From NCBI GenBank assembly GCA_000708835.1, contig DF237401.1:1-64000 (forward strand): DNA of 64,000 nucleotides, read 5' to 3'. The notes below the pieces were generated by a model. The model did not search any database and had not been told where the DNA came from. It saw only the letters and a list, made by a program, of their open reading frames with translations. Shown one piece after another: positions 12,701 to 25,000 of the stretch. Position 1 is the first letter of the stretch, and the number at the start of each line of letters is the position of its first letter. The position numbers were made by a program, and so were the translations under genes. Source of the DNA: Klebsormidium nitens (taxonomy: Eukaryota > Plantae > Klebsormidiophyceae).

Positions 12701-15700
12701 GCTTGGTTCTGGTCTGGTGAACCTGTGTAACTCGATTCGTATGGTGGTGCATGCAGCTGAAGAAGACGCTGGTGGGCGTCAAGGTGGAGGTGACGCACCG
12801 TGGCGACGAGCGTCGCAAGTACCGCATCTCCGGGATCACCAACCAGCCCATCAGCCAACTCAGGCAAGACGCCCAACTACAGCTACTCTGCCGCTCTTTC
12901 GCAGACTCCTGTCTATTTCGCTTTCTTTGAAAACGCTTGCGCTGGGTTGCGAGCTGTCGCAGAGAAGCGAGTTCTCTGAGTCGGGTCTGGATTCCCCTTC
13001 CACTTGCCTCTTGCTGAGCCCCCGGGTGTGCCGTGCTCGCGCAGCTTCCCGATCGAGGGCCGCCAGACGAGCGTGGTGGATTACTTCCGGCAGCAGTACA
13101 ACTACGAGATCAAGTTCGACTGGCTGCCCGCCGTCACCGTGGGCCAGCAAAAGTCGTCCTACCTGCCCTTCGAGGTCTGCGTCATCGTGCCCGGCCAGGT
13201 GCGCGCGCGTACAAGCACCTTCCAGGCAGCCGTGGGAAAAGCGAGCGCTCAAGTCACAGCGTCGAGCCTTCTGATTGTGCACCTTCAGCAAGACAAGACC
13301 ATGGTTGTGCTGCGGCTTTTACAATGCTCTTAAGTGACGCACTTCAAGACAACAGCTACTTCTGATCGATATATGCTGTGACAGCAGCCGGTCTTCTTCT
13401 TCTGGCTGCTGACTTCGCCTGTGCTCTGCTGTTGCTTGTGTCCAGCGCTACTCCAAGAAGCTGTCGGACAAGCAGGTCACGGAGCTGCTGCGCGCCACGT
13501 GCCAGAGGCCGCACGAGAGGATGGGCGAGATCCAAAAGGTCAGAATGCGCAATGGCCAACCACCTACTGAACAGCGGGGATTGTGGAATGGCCTGCCTGG
13601 TCGTTCCTTATGATACAAGTGAGAGGAGGAAAGTCCCTGTATGAATACATAAAACTGCAAAAGCTCAGGACGAACTGCGACTTGCGCCATGATTAGATCT
13701 TCCTTCCGCAATCTGACGATTGAAGACTGGCTGCCTTGCATTCTGACTCTGCCGTTCGTTTTGGGCAGATCGTGGACCGCAACAACTACAACAACGACCC
13801 GTACGTCAAGGAGTTCGGGCTGCACGTCAACCCCAAGATGGCCAACTTCGACGGCCGCATCCTTAACCCGCCCAAGGTGAACGACAACCTGCATCCTTGA
13901 ATCCGGCGGAAAGGTCCTGATCGGGTTCGTGGAGTAAGCTGTCCATTCAACCGAGAAGAAAGGAGCTGACTGCTATCGTTGTGAATATGCTTGCGTGTGA
14001 GTTCGCGTCCGACTCAGACGTAGCATTGCCTAACTTCAAGGAAATCCCGCTTTATTCTTTTTCGTCGTTCCCCTTGCTGTTCATCGTCTTCTGTTTCTGT
14101 CGTGACGTTTCGTTTTACGCTTGCCGTCTTTCTGCAGCTGGTGTTCGGGCGGAATGCGGAGGTGATGCCGGTGATGGGCACGTGGAACATGGCCGGCAAG
14201 GTAAGTTGTGCTTCGAGAGGTTGAATTTAATGTGATTCTTTCTCCCTGTCTCACTACGGTGTCACGCTCTCACGCGCACTCGTACCCACCTACAATAAAA
14301 CCGTCCAGATCTTGCTTCGGCTGCTCTCGAGTGATACTCACAGAGTCCCTTGTTGCGCCTGACGTCACGCTTCGTTCTTTCTCGGCTGTGGTGCAGCAAC
14401 TGGTGACGGGCAGCCAGTGCCCGACGTGGGTGCTCATCAACTTCTCCCCCGCGCGCTGGGTGGACCCGGGGACCGCCAACCGCTTCGCCACCGCGCTCGC
14501 CAACACCTGCAACCAGCTGGGCATCGTAAGGCCCTCAAAAATCTTTCTGGATTTGGCTGTCATGATTATTCTGGTGGATGTTAGCAACTTTTTGAAGCCG
14601 TCAAACTCAAAGGCCAGTATTGAGTTCAGGGGTCTACAATCTCCATGTCTGCTTTGATCAGTTACAGGATGAGCACGTTGCGTCACTCTTACGAACACGC
14701 CTTGCGTTTCCACTGCACCTGGCTGATGCGATCTCCCGCGCTGACGTCACGCAGCAAATGGCGCGGCAGCCGGCGACGGGGACGGTGGCGGCGGACCGCG
14801 CGCTGCGCGACCCGGACCAGCTGGCATCCACGCTGCGCGGGGTGTGCGACGACCTGCGCAGCCGCAACGGGAAGATGCCGGACCTCCTCGTCTGCATCCT
14901 GCCCGACATCGGGCCCTTCTACGGTCAGCAACGCGGGCCCTGCGCAACCATTGGCTAGACTTCGCGGGCTGCTTTTCAGTCGTCAAAATTTGAGCTGGAA
15001 CCGCATATTGCAGGGCCCGAATCTTGATTTGCAACTGTGAAAAAAGGTGCTTCACCTTTCCCATAGAAGATGGAGGCTGGCAGAAGTCCCGTACCGTACA
15101 AGAATCGGTCCGTAAAGACAGTGGACAAAATTCAAATCTAAGTTCCTATGATGTGAAGCCTCCTTGATTGCAAAGAGCGATCTCAATCGCACTCTTCCAG
15201 AACATCGGGAAATCACACCAGGAAAGAACCTGATATTGAGATCTTTTTGTTCGTTGACTTCGTACTTAACGAACCGGGACTCTGAGCGCGCGGGTATGCA
15301 TACAGGCGACATCAAGAAGGTGTGCGAGACGGAGATTGGCGTGCTGTCGCAGTGCGTGCTGAGCAAGCACGTGGGCAAGTGCCAGGCGCAGTACCTCTCC
15401 AACGTGGCGCTCAAAATCAATCTAAAGGTGACGGCCCCCCCTAACGGACTTGCCTTCGCGCTGGCTGCAGGTCAATCGATCTACACCCTAATGCTTGCAT
15501 ATAAAGTATCTGGAACATGGTGGTAATCCGAAACTGGCAAATGATCCGTTAAATGACGAAGCAAGCGCTCCGATCTGCCGAGATGCATCTTCCTTCGTTT
15601 CTGCAGCCACCATTTTCGCATATTTGCATCTGGAGGTTAAGAAGCCAGTTTCTCGTGCGCAATTTATCTTTGGTTTTTCGGCGCGCAGCTGGGCGGCCGC

Positions 15701-18274
15701 AACTTCTTGATGGCGGACGAGTACGCGAAGAAGCTGCCCATGGTGTCCGACAAGCCGACCATCGTCTTCGGGGCGGGGCTCACGCACGCGCACCCGGGGG
15801 AGGAGTCCGCCTCCATGTCCGCGGTGCGCGCGCGCCATCTGTCACCTGAGACACCTTTCCGTTTTGCCGGGATCCCGTTTGTTGAAATTTTTCCCACGAA
15901 AATGTTGGAAATTTGTCTTTGTAATTCCAAGTTTTGTGTGCGTATGATTACCCAAAGCTCTTGTTTCACGAATCCAAGAGGATAGCAATGGTCAATGGTC
16001 AATGGTCAATGGTCAGAAGATCTTTGTTCTGCCGGTTGTTTTCCATCTTCCAGCATGCCCAATCGCACCCTTTTCAACCGCTTCCCCGCCGTCTCTTCGC
16101 AGGTGGTAGGCAGCGTGGACTGGCCGTACGTAAACCGGTACCAGTGCCGCGTGAGCAGCCAGCCCGCGCGGCTGGAAATCCTGCAGGACCTGTACACGTG
16201 CAAGCGCACCGCGGGCGGCCAGATGCAGCACGGCGGGGTCATCCGCGAGCTGCTCATCGCCTTCTACCAGGCCACCGGCCAGAAGCCCGCGCGCGTCATC
16301 TTCTTCCGGTCAGCCCGCGTCAGCCGGTTCCAATATCCGACGTTTCGGCTCTCTGAGCTGGCAATAACTGATTTTGCGTGCTGCTCGAAGGCAGCCCTCA
16401 GGCCTGCCGTTCAGAAGTGCGGTTCTTAAGAAGCAAGTTGTGCATACCATTGAACACCACGAAAGCTTCAAGAATGTCAAGACGGAACGGATCTTAACGG
16501 TATATCTTTTCCATCGACCGGCTGTTCTTTGCGTGCAGGGACGGTGTGAGCGAGGGACAGTTCCAGCACGTGCTTATGTATGAGCTGGACGCGATCCGCA
16601 GGGTAAGACGGCTTCGCTTCGAAACGAGACTGGACTGTTTGCAACGTGCAGGGGGCTCGTCTGATCGAAAACATCTTGAATCCGTGGCGGGGCATCACGC
16701 GTATGAGATGCTGAGGAACTTTTGGAGGTCACTGAGAGCAATGAGCGCTTTTGATACGTCTCTGTTGTACGTCCTCAATCCTTCGTTAGATCCTATTACA
16801 ATTGACACGTCACAGGAGGCACTTAAAATCCTTTGATACTATCTTTAAAAGCTGTCGAATCGAACTTCGGCGCTCTTCTGCAGGCGTGCGCGAGTCTGGA
16901 GGCTGGGTATCAGCCGACGGTGACCTGGATCGTGGTCCAGAAGCGGCACCACCTGCGCCTCTTCCCGGGCGACCAGAACAAGGACCGCAGCGGCAACACC
17001 GTGCCCGGTAAATATCGTTGAAAGGACATATTTCTTGTTGGGGAAAGAAGTCTATGCTTTTCTGCTCAACTTCTGATCATCTTTTCCTCCTGTTGAACAA
17101 TCTGGCCTGTCTCTGTCTGCACGTTTGAGGTGATTCACTCTGAACCCCTGACCTTTAAGGGTTCGAGCATCGTTGCGTCGTCTTCTGCCGCGCTCACCAG
17201 TACCCAGACGCCCACTTTGCCGCGACCCTTCCCCCGCTGACTCGTGCTGCCTCCCGTGTGCGCGCGCAGGCACGGTGGTGGACACGACGGTGTGCCATGT
17301 GCGCGAGTGGGACTACTATTTGTGCAGCCACGCGGGCATCCAGGGCACGAGCCGGCCGACGCACTACCACGTGCTGGCGGACGAGAACGGCTTCAGCACG
17401 GACCAGCTGCAGAACATCACCAACAGCCTCTGCTACACCTACCAGCGCTGCACGCGCTCCGTCTCCATCGGTCAGCGCCGCGACCCAGCGCCTTTCGGTC
17501 GCATTCTAGACTCTTTGTGCTTCATCTTCCGACGGAGAATATGTTGTCTTTTCTTGTCACCGAGCAGTAAGTCTACGGCATCTTTGGAAGTGATGAAAAC
17601 CGAGTGCGGCTCGGTAATTGCGGCTCGATCAGTGGAGCGCCGCGATCGGCGCGGCTTGCTGAGCCCATCCCTGGTTGGCTGATGCGTTTCTGTCCAGCTT
17701 CTGAGAACAAGTCAGGGGCTTGGGTGCAAGCTTTAGTTATGGGAGTTTGAGCTCAGAATATAATACGTGGTCGAGAGCTCAACGCCCCTCATTAGGCGAA
17801 AGCCTGAAGACATCATCATTCAGTGATCGTTTGATTCTGAAGTATCCATCCTTCTCCGAGTTTAGCCGAGAAGGTTTTCGTGGCGCGAGATCGTCTTGCA
17901 CCATCTAGATTTCTAGGAAGGTCCTGCGAGAGACCAACAAAATCCTCACATCAACAGCTTCTGCACTCTTCTGCCATTAAGCCTTATCTTCTTGGCCTCA
18001 CGATCGTTGTGGCGAGCATACGTATCCATGCATTTGTTTCAGTGGCTTCTTTCTGGTGCGCGCAGTCCCGCCGGTGTACTACGCAGGCCTGGGCGCTTTC
18101 AGGGCCAAGTTTTACCTGGAAGGCGGAGAAAGCAGTGGCGGAGAAAGCAGCAGCGGCATCAGCGCTACGGGGGGCGCCCCCAGCGCGCGCACGAGCACCG
18201 GCAGAAGCTCGCGCGCGCCCGCGCCCATGCCGCCGCTCAAGGAAAACATCAAGAAGACAATGTTTTTCTGCTGA
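9780..18274 (+). CDS. AGO: Argonaute (N, PAZ, MID, PIWI; AGO1/5/10-like), 20 exons, 900 aa, predicted slicer-inactive
   Basis: Exons 9780-9974, 10733-10852, 11196-11290, 11614-11775, 12078-12208, 12400-12515, 12757-12863, 13045-13198, 13446-13538, 13769-13876, 14138-14200, 14397-14525, 14755-14923, 15306-15427, 15689-15823, 16103-16308, 16539-16602, 16884-17007, 17270-17470, 18066-18274; total 2703 nt, in frame. Motifs [111 protein letters not shown]-terminal MFFC. Subclade is by resemblance only. Confidence 0.96.
12864..13044 (+). other. Non-canonical GC-AG intron in the AGO PAZ region
   Basis: AG|GCAAGA donor at 12864 and gcgcag| acceptor at 13044 give the in-frame QPISQLSFPIEG. Confidence 0.8.
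15986..16013 (+). repeat. Intronic minisatellite (CAATGGT)x4
   Basis: Four perfect 7-bp copies in AGO intron 15. Confidence 0.9.
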
Positions 18275-19491
18275 GGAGAGTCACGGGAGGACCTCGGTCA
18301 AACGGTTTAGGAAAAGTTTGATGGGCTGTTTATGGAGAAAGAAGCTGATCAAGGATGAAAGGCTGGCATGGCAAGCAACGGATTACGCGGCGTGTGCCCT
18401 TTGTTGACCGGTCGGCCAGATGAATGAACCCACCGTAGCTGAGGTGAGTGTAGATCGTAACAAGTGAAAACGGGAGTCTGGGAGGGATTCTACTGGTACG
18501 TTGGTTTATATGCTTAATCGGAACTAGTTTCGATGGACTAGAAGCGAGTAGAAAATGGTGATTGGGTATGTGGGCCGTGAGAAGATCAGGCTTAACGAAG
18601 CAGGTGTACAGTTAGCCGCTGATTGAGTGGAAAGTTGAGGACACACGAGCTCGTACTGTGACTGGTCTTGTATACTAGATAACTTTGCCTGCAACATGTA
18701 CATATTCCGCTTCTCTTTGAAGTCAGCAATTATAAATAGGTTCTTTGACGCGGGGAAGCATCGTGGACCGTTGGTTGAGGCTCCTCGACTAAGCAGCCAG
18801 CCCATTGAGGTGCAGTTATGGCTGCCACTTACTTTCAGTGTCAATGCTGTGGAAAAGGTTGAGAGTCAAGCCATACCTTCGCTTAAATAGATGAGTATTC
18901 TCATGCAGCTGGATGCACCGCAAATTCATGCTCTGCGGGAATGCAGATGATCCGATGGAGTTCACTGCTTGGCAGGTTTGGCTCTTGAATAGCCGCCCCT
19001 TGTTCTGGCAGCGAGAGTATGGATGCAAGCAGTCGTGAAAAAGCAGAGCTTACCTCGTGTATTCTTGAATGCATGTAAATCGTTCGCCGGCGCTGATCCT
19101 AAAAGCTTGTGGCGGTTGTATACGTGTACCTGAACTTGACTATAATATAATCAGTTCTTTGAACGCTCAGCAAAGGTTTTGCAAGAACCTTCGTGGCTGA
19201 ACAACGGCTCAGGTAATGCAGAAACTGATAAAAGAGGATTGTAAGTTCTCCGATCAGAGTCTCGAAGTCCCTTTTGGCATTGTCTTGCCCTGGTCGTGTT
19301 GCGTGCGACGAGCAAGGCCTTGTTCACGCGGCAATTCTGAGGCGGGCCGGTGCGGCCGTCGGATGTGCCACGTGACAGCATCGGACGGCAGGACCTGGGT
19401 CCGCTCCACCTGCCCACAAAATGTGCGGCACAGGGTTGGACGCCTTTATATGGACAAAGAAGCCGCACTTCTGCAACGCCAGAGGCGTACA

Positions 19492-20452
19492 AGGGCTGAG
19501 CCTTAGGTCAGGGCCGCGCCCTGTGATAGGTCGGTAGCTGTAGGTTCCGGGCTGTGCCCGGTAGTCAGACCGTGTCTGCTCAGGGCCGAGCCCTGCTCAA
19601 AACACAAACACTTTTGCTGCTCTTCTTGAAATCCTTTTGTACCTCCATACAAGGATAGAGTTCTGAACAGTTGGTGCCGTCTTGCAGAGTTCTCGTCTAT
19701 CCTGGATATTCAATTGATCGAGATACTTTCAAGCGAACAGAGCCTCGTCACTTGTCTGCATAATTTGACACCTGTCTCCTGAGTGTTCTAGCACAATTCC
19801 GCTGGCTTCGTGGTTTGCTTTTGTTCAAAGCTAGGACACACATATGCATTGATGATGCAAGAAGCCAGGGAGATTGATTTCTTGATGCACGAGGATGAAC
19901 ATCGACGGGCCCTAACATAATGCAGCAGGACAGCAAAGCCCCGGCCTGCTCCATTGCGCTAGTATCCTGGGCGCTGCTCAAAAGGGAATTCTCTTTGGTG
20001 CAGCGGCAGCCCTGAAGAAGTGCACATCCTGTGCTAAGAGTAGGGTCCAATATCAAAGCCCTGAGGATTTTGGTTTTGCTCGGGTCTGCTCGGGGAGATG
20101 GAAGAATTTTGCGGTCGACTAAGCATACCATCTGTCAGAACGGGTGGCTCGTGAGAACGAGACTCGCAGCCAATGGAAAGCAGATGCATTCGAGAATCTC
20201 TTGAGCAGGACATAGCTTGCCGGGCAAAGGCGCTTGCGTAAGCTTACGAAAAATCAGTTTGATTAAGGGTCTGCTTGAGTGTGCCCTGCTTAACAAGTGA
20301 GGCGGGCAAATGAGGTTTGAGAAAAGGGGCAGATGGTGTGTGAGAGGGTGGGAACAGGCCGGCTCTACCCTGGTGAGGGAGGCACTCCTGAGCAGGGCTC
20401 TGCCAGCTGGCAGCCGGGGGTTTTCCCCTTATCTATACAGGGCTCAGCCCTG
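19492..20452. repeat. Pair of inverted, palindrome-rich short repeats (possible ~0.95-kb non-autonomous element)
   Basis: GAGCCCTGCTCA (19588-19599) is the perfect reverse complement of 20389-20400. CAGGGC-N3-GCCCTG palindromes occur at 19509, 19581 and 20438; CCGGGC-TGT-GCCCGG near 19547. Confidence 0.45.
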
Positions 20453-22023
20453 CATTAGGAAGCTTTGCTTAGACGCCTCTGGCGTTGATTAGCTTGTGCT
20501 GGGAAACGAGCGTTGCATATGCCCTCAGAGAATGCGTCTTCAGGCTCGTGGGACTGGTTGTTCCAGAAGATCTTTGCCGTTCAGTCATGCCTGCAAATGG
20601 CAGGTCTGACGGCTCAATCAATACGACGCGCCCGCAAATGCGAGGACCGCTGCTCAAAAAAGAGGTTCAAGACAACGGAACCCCGTCTGCTGAGAAGGAG
20701 AAGAGGCGAAGCAGGGCAGGATGTTGGTGGCAGGAAGTTCTTAAAAAAGAAAATGTTCGGCTTATAATCCGAGCAGCCTCTTGTACGAGCTTGGGCTCTC
20801 GTTGATGCCCAGCGGACATGTCCCGCAAGATTTGACGCTCGAATCGAGTTCTTTTAGATGACGTAGTATTGTGGGCGCATCGAGGAGACTCTCTGCAGCT
20901 GGATCTACAAGCAAGTACGCACTCAGCCGCATTCGAAGTCAGTTTGTGAGTTAGCTTTATCAACTTTAGTGACCTGATTCAAGTGCTGAGGGAAGCGTCT
21001 TGGAAGTGCTTCACACGTCTTAAATTCTCCGGTTTCTTTTTGATAAATAATCTATGAAGGTACGGTCCGGAAGAAACAACGCATAATAGGTCAGGACTAC
21101 AGCGGACCATGTGCTTTGAGGACCCGCGATTCTGTCACATGCAGCTGCCTGCTTCGCCGTTTCGTCGCGCAGGGTATCAAGTGCAACATATTTATCTACG
21201 ACACTCAACTGATTTCGGCCCAGGCTGAGGCACCAGTCGAAAAGGCGATCCTACCGCTAAACGTTTCCATGCTATTAGAGGCAATCGAGCCAGCTGTTCC
21301 ACTCAGAAATGCCACCTCAGATGATCGACTATAAGATGATTTTGGGAAATCAGACATTTGATTTGTGGTAGAACGGTGGTTAGAAATGGTCATGTAAACC
21401 ATGGCGGCAGATTATTGCACGCCTTCAGATGAAGACCGCGCCAGCACTGCGATCCACCTCACTTCTGAATGTACGGTGCATTCTGCACATTACTTTCCGT
21501 ACCTTACCGCCCCCGCCATGCGGAGAGCGAGTGGTGGCAAATTTGACGCCCGAGCCGGGTCAAAGTGTTGAGTATGACTTTCGGCCCGTGCGAAAAGCGT
21601 GAGAAGATATCACATCTTGAGGTATGTAGAGGTTCAGGAAATTGTACAAGTCAAATCATTAAAACCTACTGTACCTCCAATGGCTTTTGAGGCAAACATG
21701 ATGTAAAGGCGCGCGTTGTATCGCGAGCGCGACTGCTCCACATGCGTTGATCAAAATGTAGAGGGTCCCGATGCATTTTCACACTACCTCTGCGTCCTAT
21801 CACATCATTTGACTATTCAATGGGCCGATTTTAACCTGACACAGGTCACAGCATTCAAATGAGCACAATTGCTCGTAACTTCCAACGACATGTCAACCTC
21901 AACCTTACCACGTTTCCATCACTGCCGGCTTCACCCGTCTGCGCGGATCTGTACAACCGTCCTTTTAACTACTGCAATCAAACCCAATGCTCAGGGCTTT
22001 CTCGAGCCCCGCCACCCGGTGCG

Positions 22024-25000
22024 CTAGTCCTCGTCCTCGTCTTCCTCTTCCGCGTGCAGCGCCCGCTTGGCGGTTTCGAAGACGACCCAGGAGAGGCCGG
22101 CGACGGGCACGACCTGCGCCACCTGCGCGCCGACGCCCTTGTACAGCCCGGCCACGCCCTCCGTGCGCACCACGCCGCGCACCGCCTCCACCACGTTGCG
22201 GTACGCCGCGTTGGCCGCCTTGCCCGTCTCCACCGCGGGCAGCACGCTCACGCTCACCTGCGGGAATACCGGGACAAACGTGAACAACGCGCAGAGGAAA
22301 AATCGAGGATTCAAGGAGGATTTGCGAAGGCAACGGCGGCAGCAATTGGCAGGCTCTGCTTCGCCTGATCTGAGCAGCAGAATGAGGTTCCTGCATTTAC
22401 TGTCTTGATTGAGAGGCGATAAAGATGGGTCTCGAATCATCAACGCTGAAAACCGTTCAACGCGTCCCCTTATGAACCTCTTCACCCTTAAGACATCGAT
22501 GAACTCTTGAGCAATTTGAGATGCACAGGCCATCGTCAGGCAATACAAGATGCCGTCATAAAAAGTCACTTGGGGTTGCGGCGCGAGTACAGCAGCGGCG
22601 GACCGCCACCAGATTAGTGCGTACCTGCTTGCGGGCGACCTCGAGCGGATAGGTCGCCAGCTGGCTGACCGCCCCCGCCGTGGCGCCGAAGAGGAGGGTG
22701 TACCCAGCGGGGACCTGCACGCACGGGCAGAACAGACACTTCGATTGAGTTCTACCGATAAACAACCTAGACTGAGATTGCTCACACAGAAGCAGGCCAA
22801 GTAACAGTTGCGAGTGTGACGGCAGCTTCTGTCAGCGACAGATTACACTGGCAGCGGCGGCGCGCTCACGTGCTTGCGGCCTGTCCTCTTGCGGTAGCGC
22901 TCCTTGAGCGTGTCGTAGGTGTAGTAGTTGACGGCGGACTGCGGCACGATGCCCAGCAGCGCGGGCACCACGCCACGGTATAGCGCGGGGAGGCCGCCCT
23001 CGTGGAGCATCACCTCCCGGAGCGCGTCGCCGAAACCCTTGTACTTCTCGGGCTGCATAAGACAAGAGGGCGTGAGGGTCAGCCTGGGTTAGCATGAACG
23101 TAGTAACGGATGTCGTGAAGTCCTGGCTAGCAGTGTTGCTTTCCAAAGCCTATGGCCAAGACGTTGACACCGCTGGTATCGTTAACGTAGATGTCTTAGT
23201 ACGGTGTGCTTCATTCAGTCGAACCAAGAGAACAATCGGCTTTACGAGCCCATGCCTCATAACTGTTTCCATTCGATTCATTGTGCCATGTCATTGGTCA
23301 AAACCGCCTGGGATGGCACGAGCACCTATGAAGAAAAGCTTCAACTGGAATTGAACGACCAGATTTCTTCGCTCTTCTTGCACCATCCGAAGCTGCTCCC
23401 TTGAGCTGCCGCACTAGCCCCCAAGATGCATTGCAAGGAAGCGGTTGGGGAAAGCGCCCAGAGGAAAGGCGACAACAGAAGATGCGAAACTGCACCTTAA
23501 GCAACACTCTCCGCTCACCATGACGAGGACGCGGTCCTTGAGCGTCTCGAAGGGGTACGCGACCAGCGTGTTGGCCAGCCCCGCGGCCATGCCCGCCCAC
23601 GTGGACTCTGGCACCTGGCGCGGCAGCTTATCCAGCAGCGGGATCTGGTGGTCGCCGGGCCGCCCGCGCCGCTTCAGCTTGGCCTTCACCTTCTCGTACG
23701 TCACCAGCTGCACCAAAGAGGGATTGTACAGTTTACAAAGAGAAGTCGAGAAAGGACGAAGCAAGAGATTGCTGCAGAGGCAGGACACTGAGAGTCGACG
23801 AATGGCTAGCTTGAGTGAGGCCTCTGGTTGGGCGGCAGAAGAGAGCGAAGGACAACAAAATCCAACTAATTTTGTAGGATTATGAAGCTCCGAAAATAGG
23901 CCAGGCGATTTTTGGATCCACAAGGTGGCTGTCTCGATGTTGCGGATTTAGATGTTCATCGATGGACGACCTCAGTTTTTCACCGTGATGGAGTTTGCCA
24001 AGCAACAGGAATCAACGGAAAAGTACAGGAAGCTGAACAATCGATTTGTGGTCAGCCTTTTCATAATGTGAATTCAAAAGCGCTACTCTCGCTGGGGGCG
24101 CACCTCGACCGACTTGGTGAGCGCGACCCTAAGAACATTGATGCCGAAGGAGCCGGTGGTCTGCTTGATCGGCCAGTTGCGACCGCTCTTGCGGTTGAGC
24201 GTCTTGACCACTTCCTTCACGTTGTCCCCCGCTCGGCCCCCCAGCAGCTTAGTCCGCACCACTTCCAGGGGCGTGGCCGCGGTTTGGGCAATCGCACCTG
24301 CACACAACAGGCACGGCGAGCTTGAAGGCTTGCTGATCGACAGAGTAGAAACCATGTGAACAGACGTAGAAACAGCTGCGAGTGCCAGCAATTCCTTGCC
24401 TGGAACACGCTTCGAAGTACGAACAACACCCGGAAGAAGCCTTGTCGACAGCTCGTGGTAAATGGCAAAACGACAAGACTAGCACCCAACAAACACAATT
24501 CTGGGACGAGAGACTCGAAAGAGGAGCAGCTATCCCACCTGCAATCCCGCCTGCCAGTAGCTCCTTGACAGTCTTGCTGTGGATGCTGATGAAGGGCGTC
24601 TCCACGCGTTTTACTGTCACGCGCACGTCGTCACCCACCACGTCACGCGTCCGCTCCAGTGCGTGCTTCGCACCCTGCGCCACCTCCTGCAATCATTTAA
24701 TGGGCCTCAGTGCCGCTCAATGGAAATCCAATGCTTGCGGGCAGGGCGGCAGAATTGATAATATGAGGCGGCTTCTTTGCTGGTCAATTGGACTATACCA
24801 ATAACAGATTCAAAATACTCCACCGATCTCACAAACGTGGAAGAGAAAGTCACCCGTATCGGAGAAAATCAGAAAACATTCCGAGCGAACCTCTCACGAA
24901 ACGTTGAAGCACCGATAGGATGTGCGGAACATTGGTACAGAAAGGGCCTGAAAACCTGGAGCCCTACCTCAGCTGTGCCCTCAACATAGCCAGCCGTGTA

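Noticed and set aside
18119-18230. Ser/Gly-rich insert near the AGO C-terminus
   Set aside because: A similar S/G-rich loop before the terminal MFYC/MFFC is ordinary in plant AGO1-type proteins.
9780-18274. AGO as a prokaryote-like defence operon with neighbouring effector genes
   Set aside because: It is an intron-rich eukaryotic AGO; neighbours are housekeeping genes with no nuclease, TIR or SIR2 partners.
20800-21520. Possible small minus-strand gene (ATG GCG GGG GCG|gtaagg near 21520; open segments DRLFDWCLSLGRN.., DPAAESLLDAPTIL..)
   Set aside because: Could not assemble a phase-consistent model or recognise homology.
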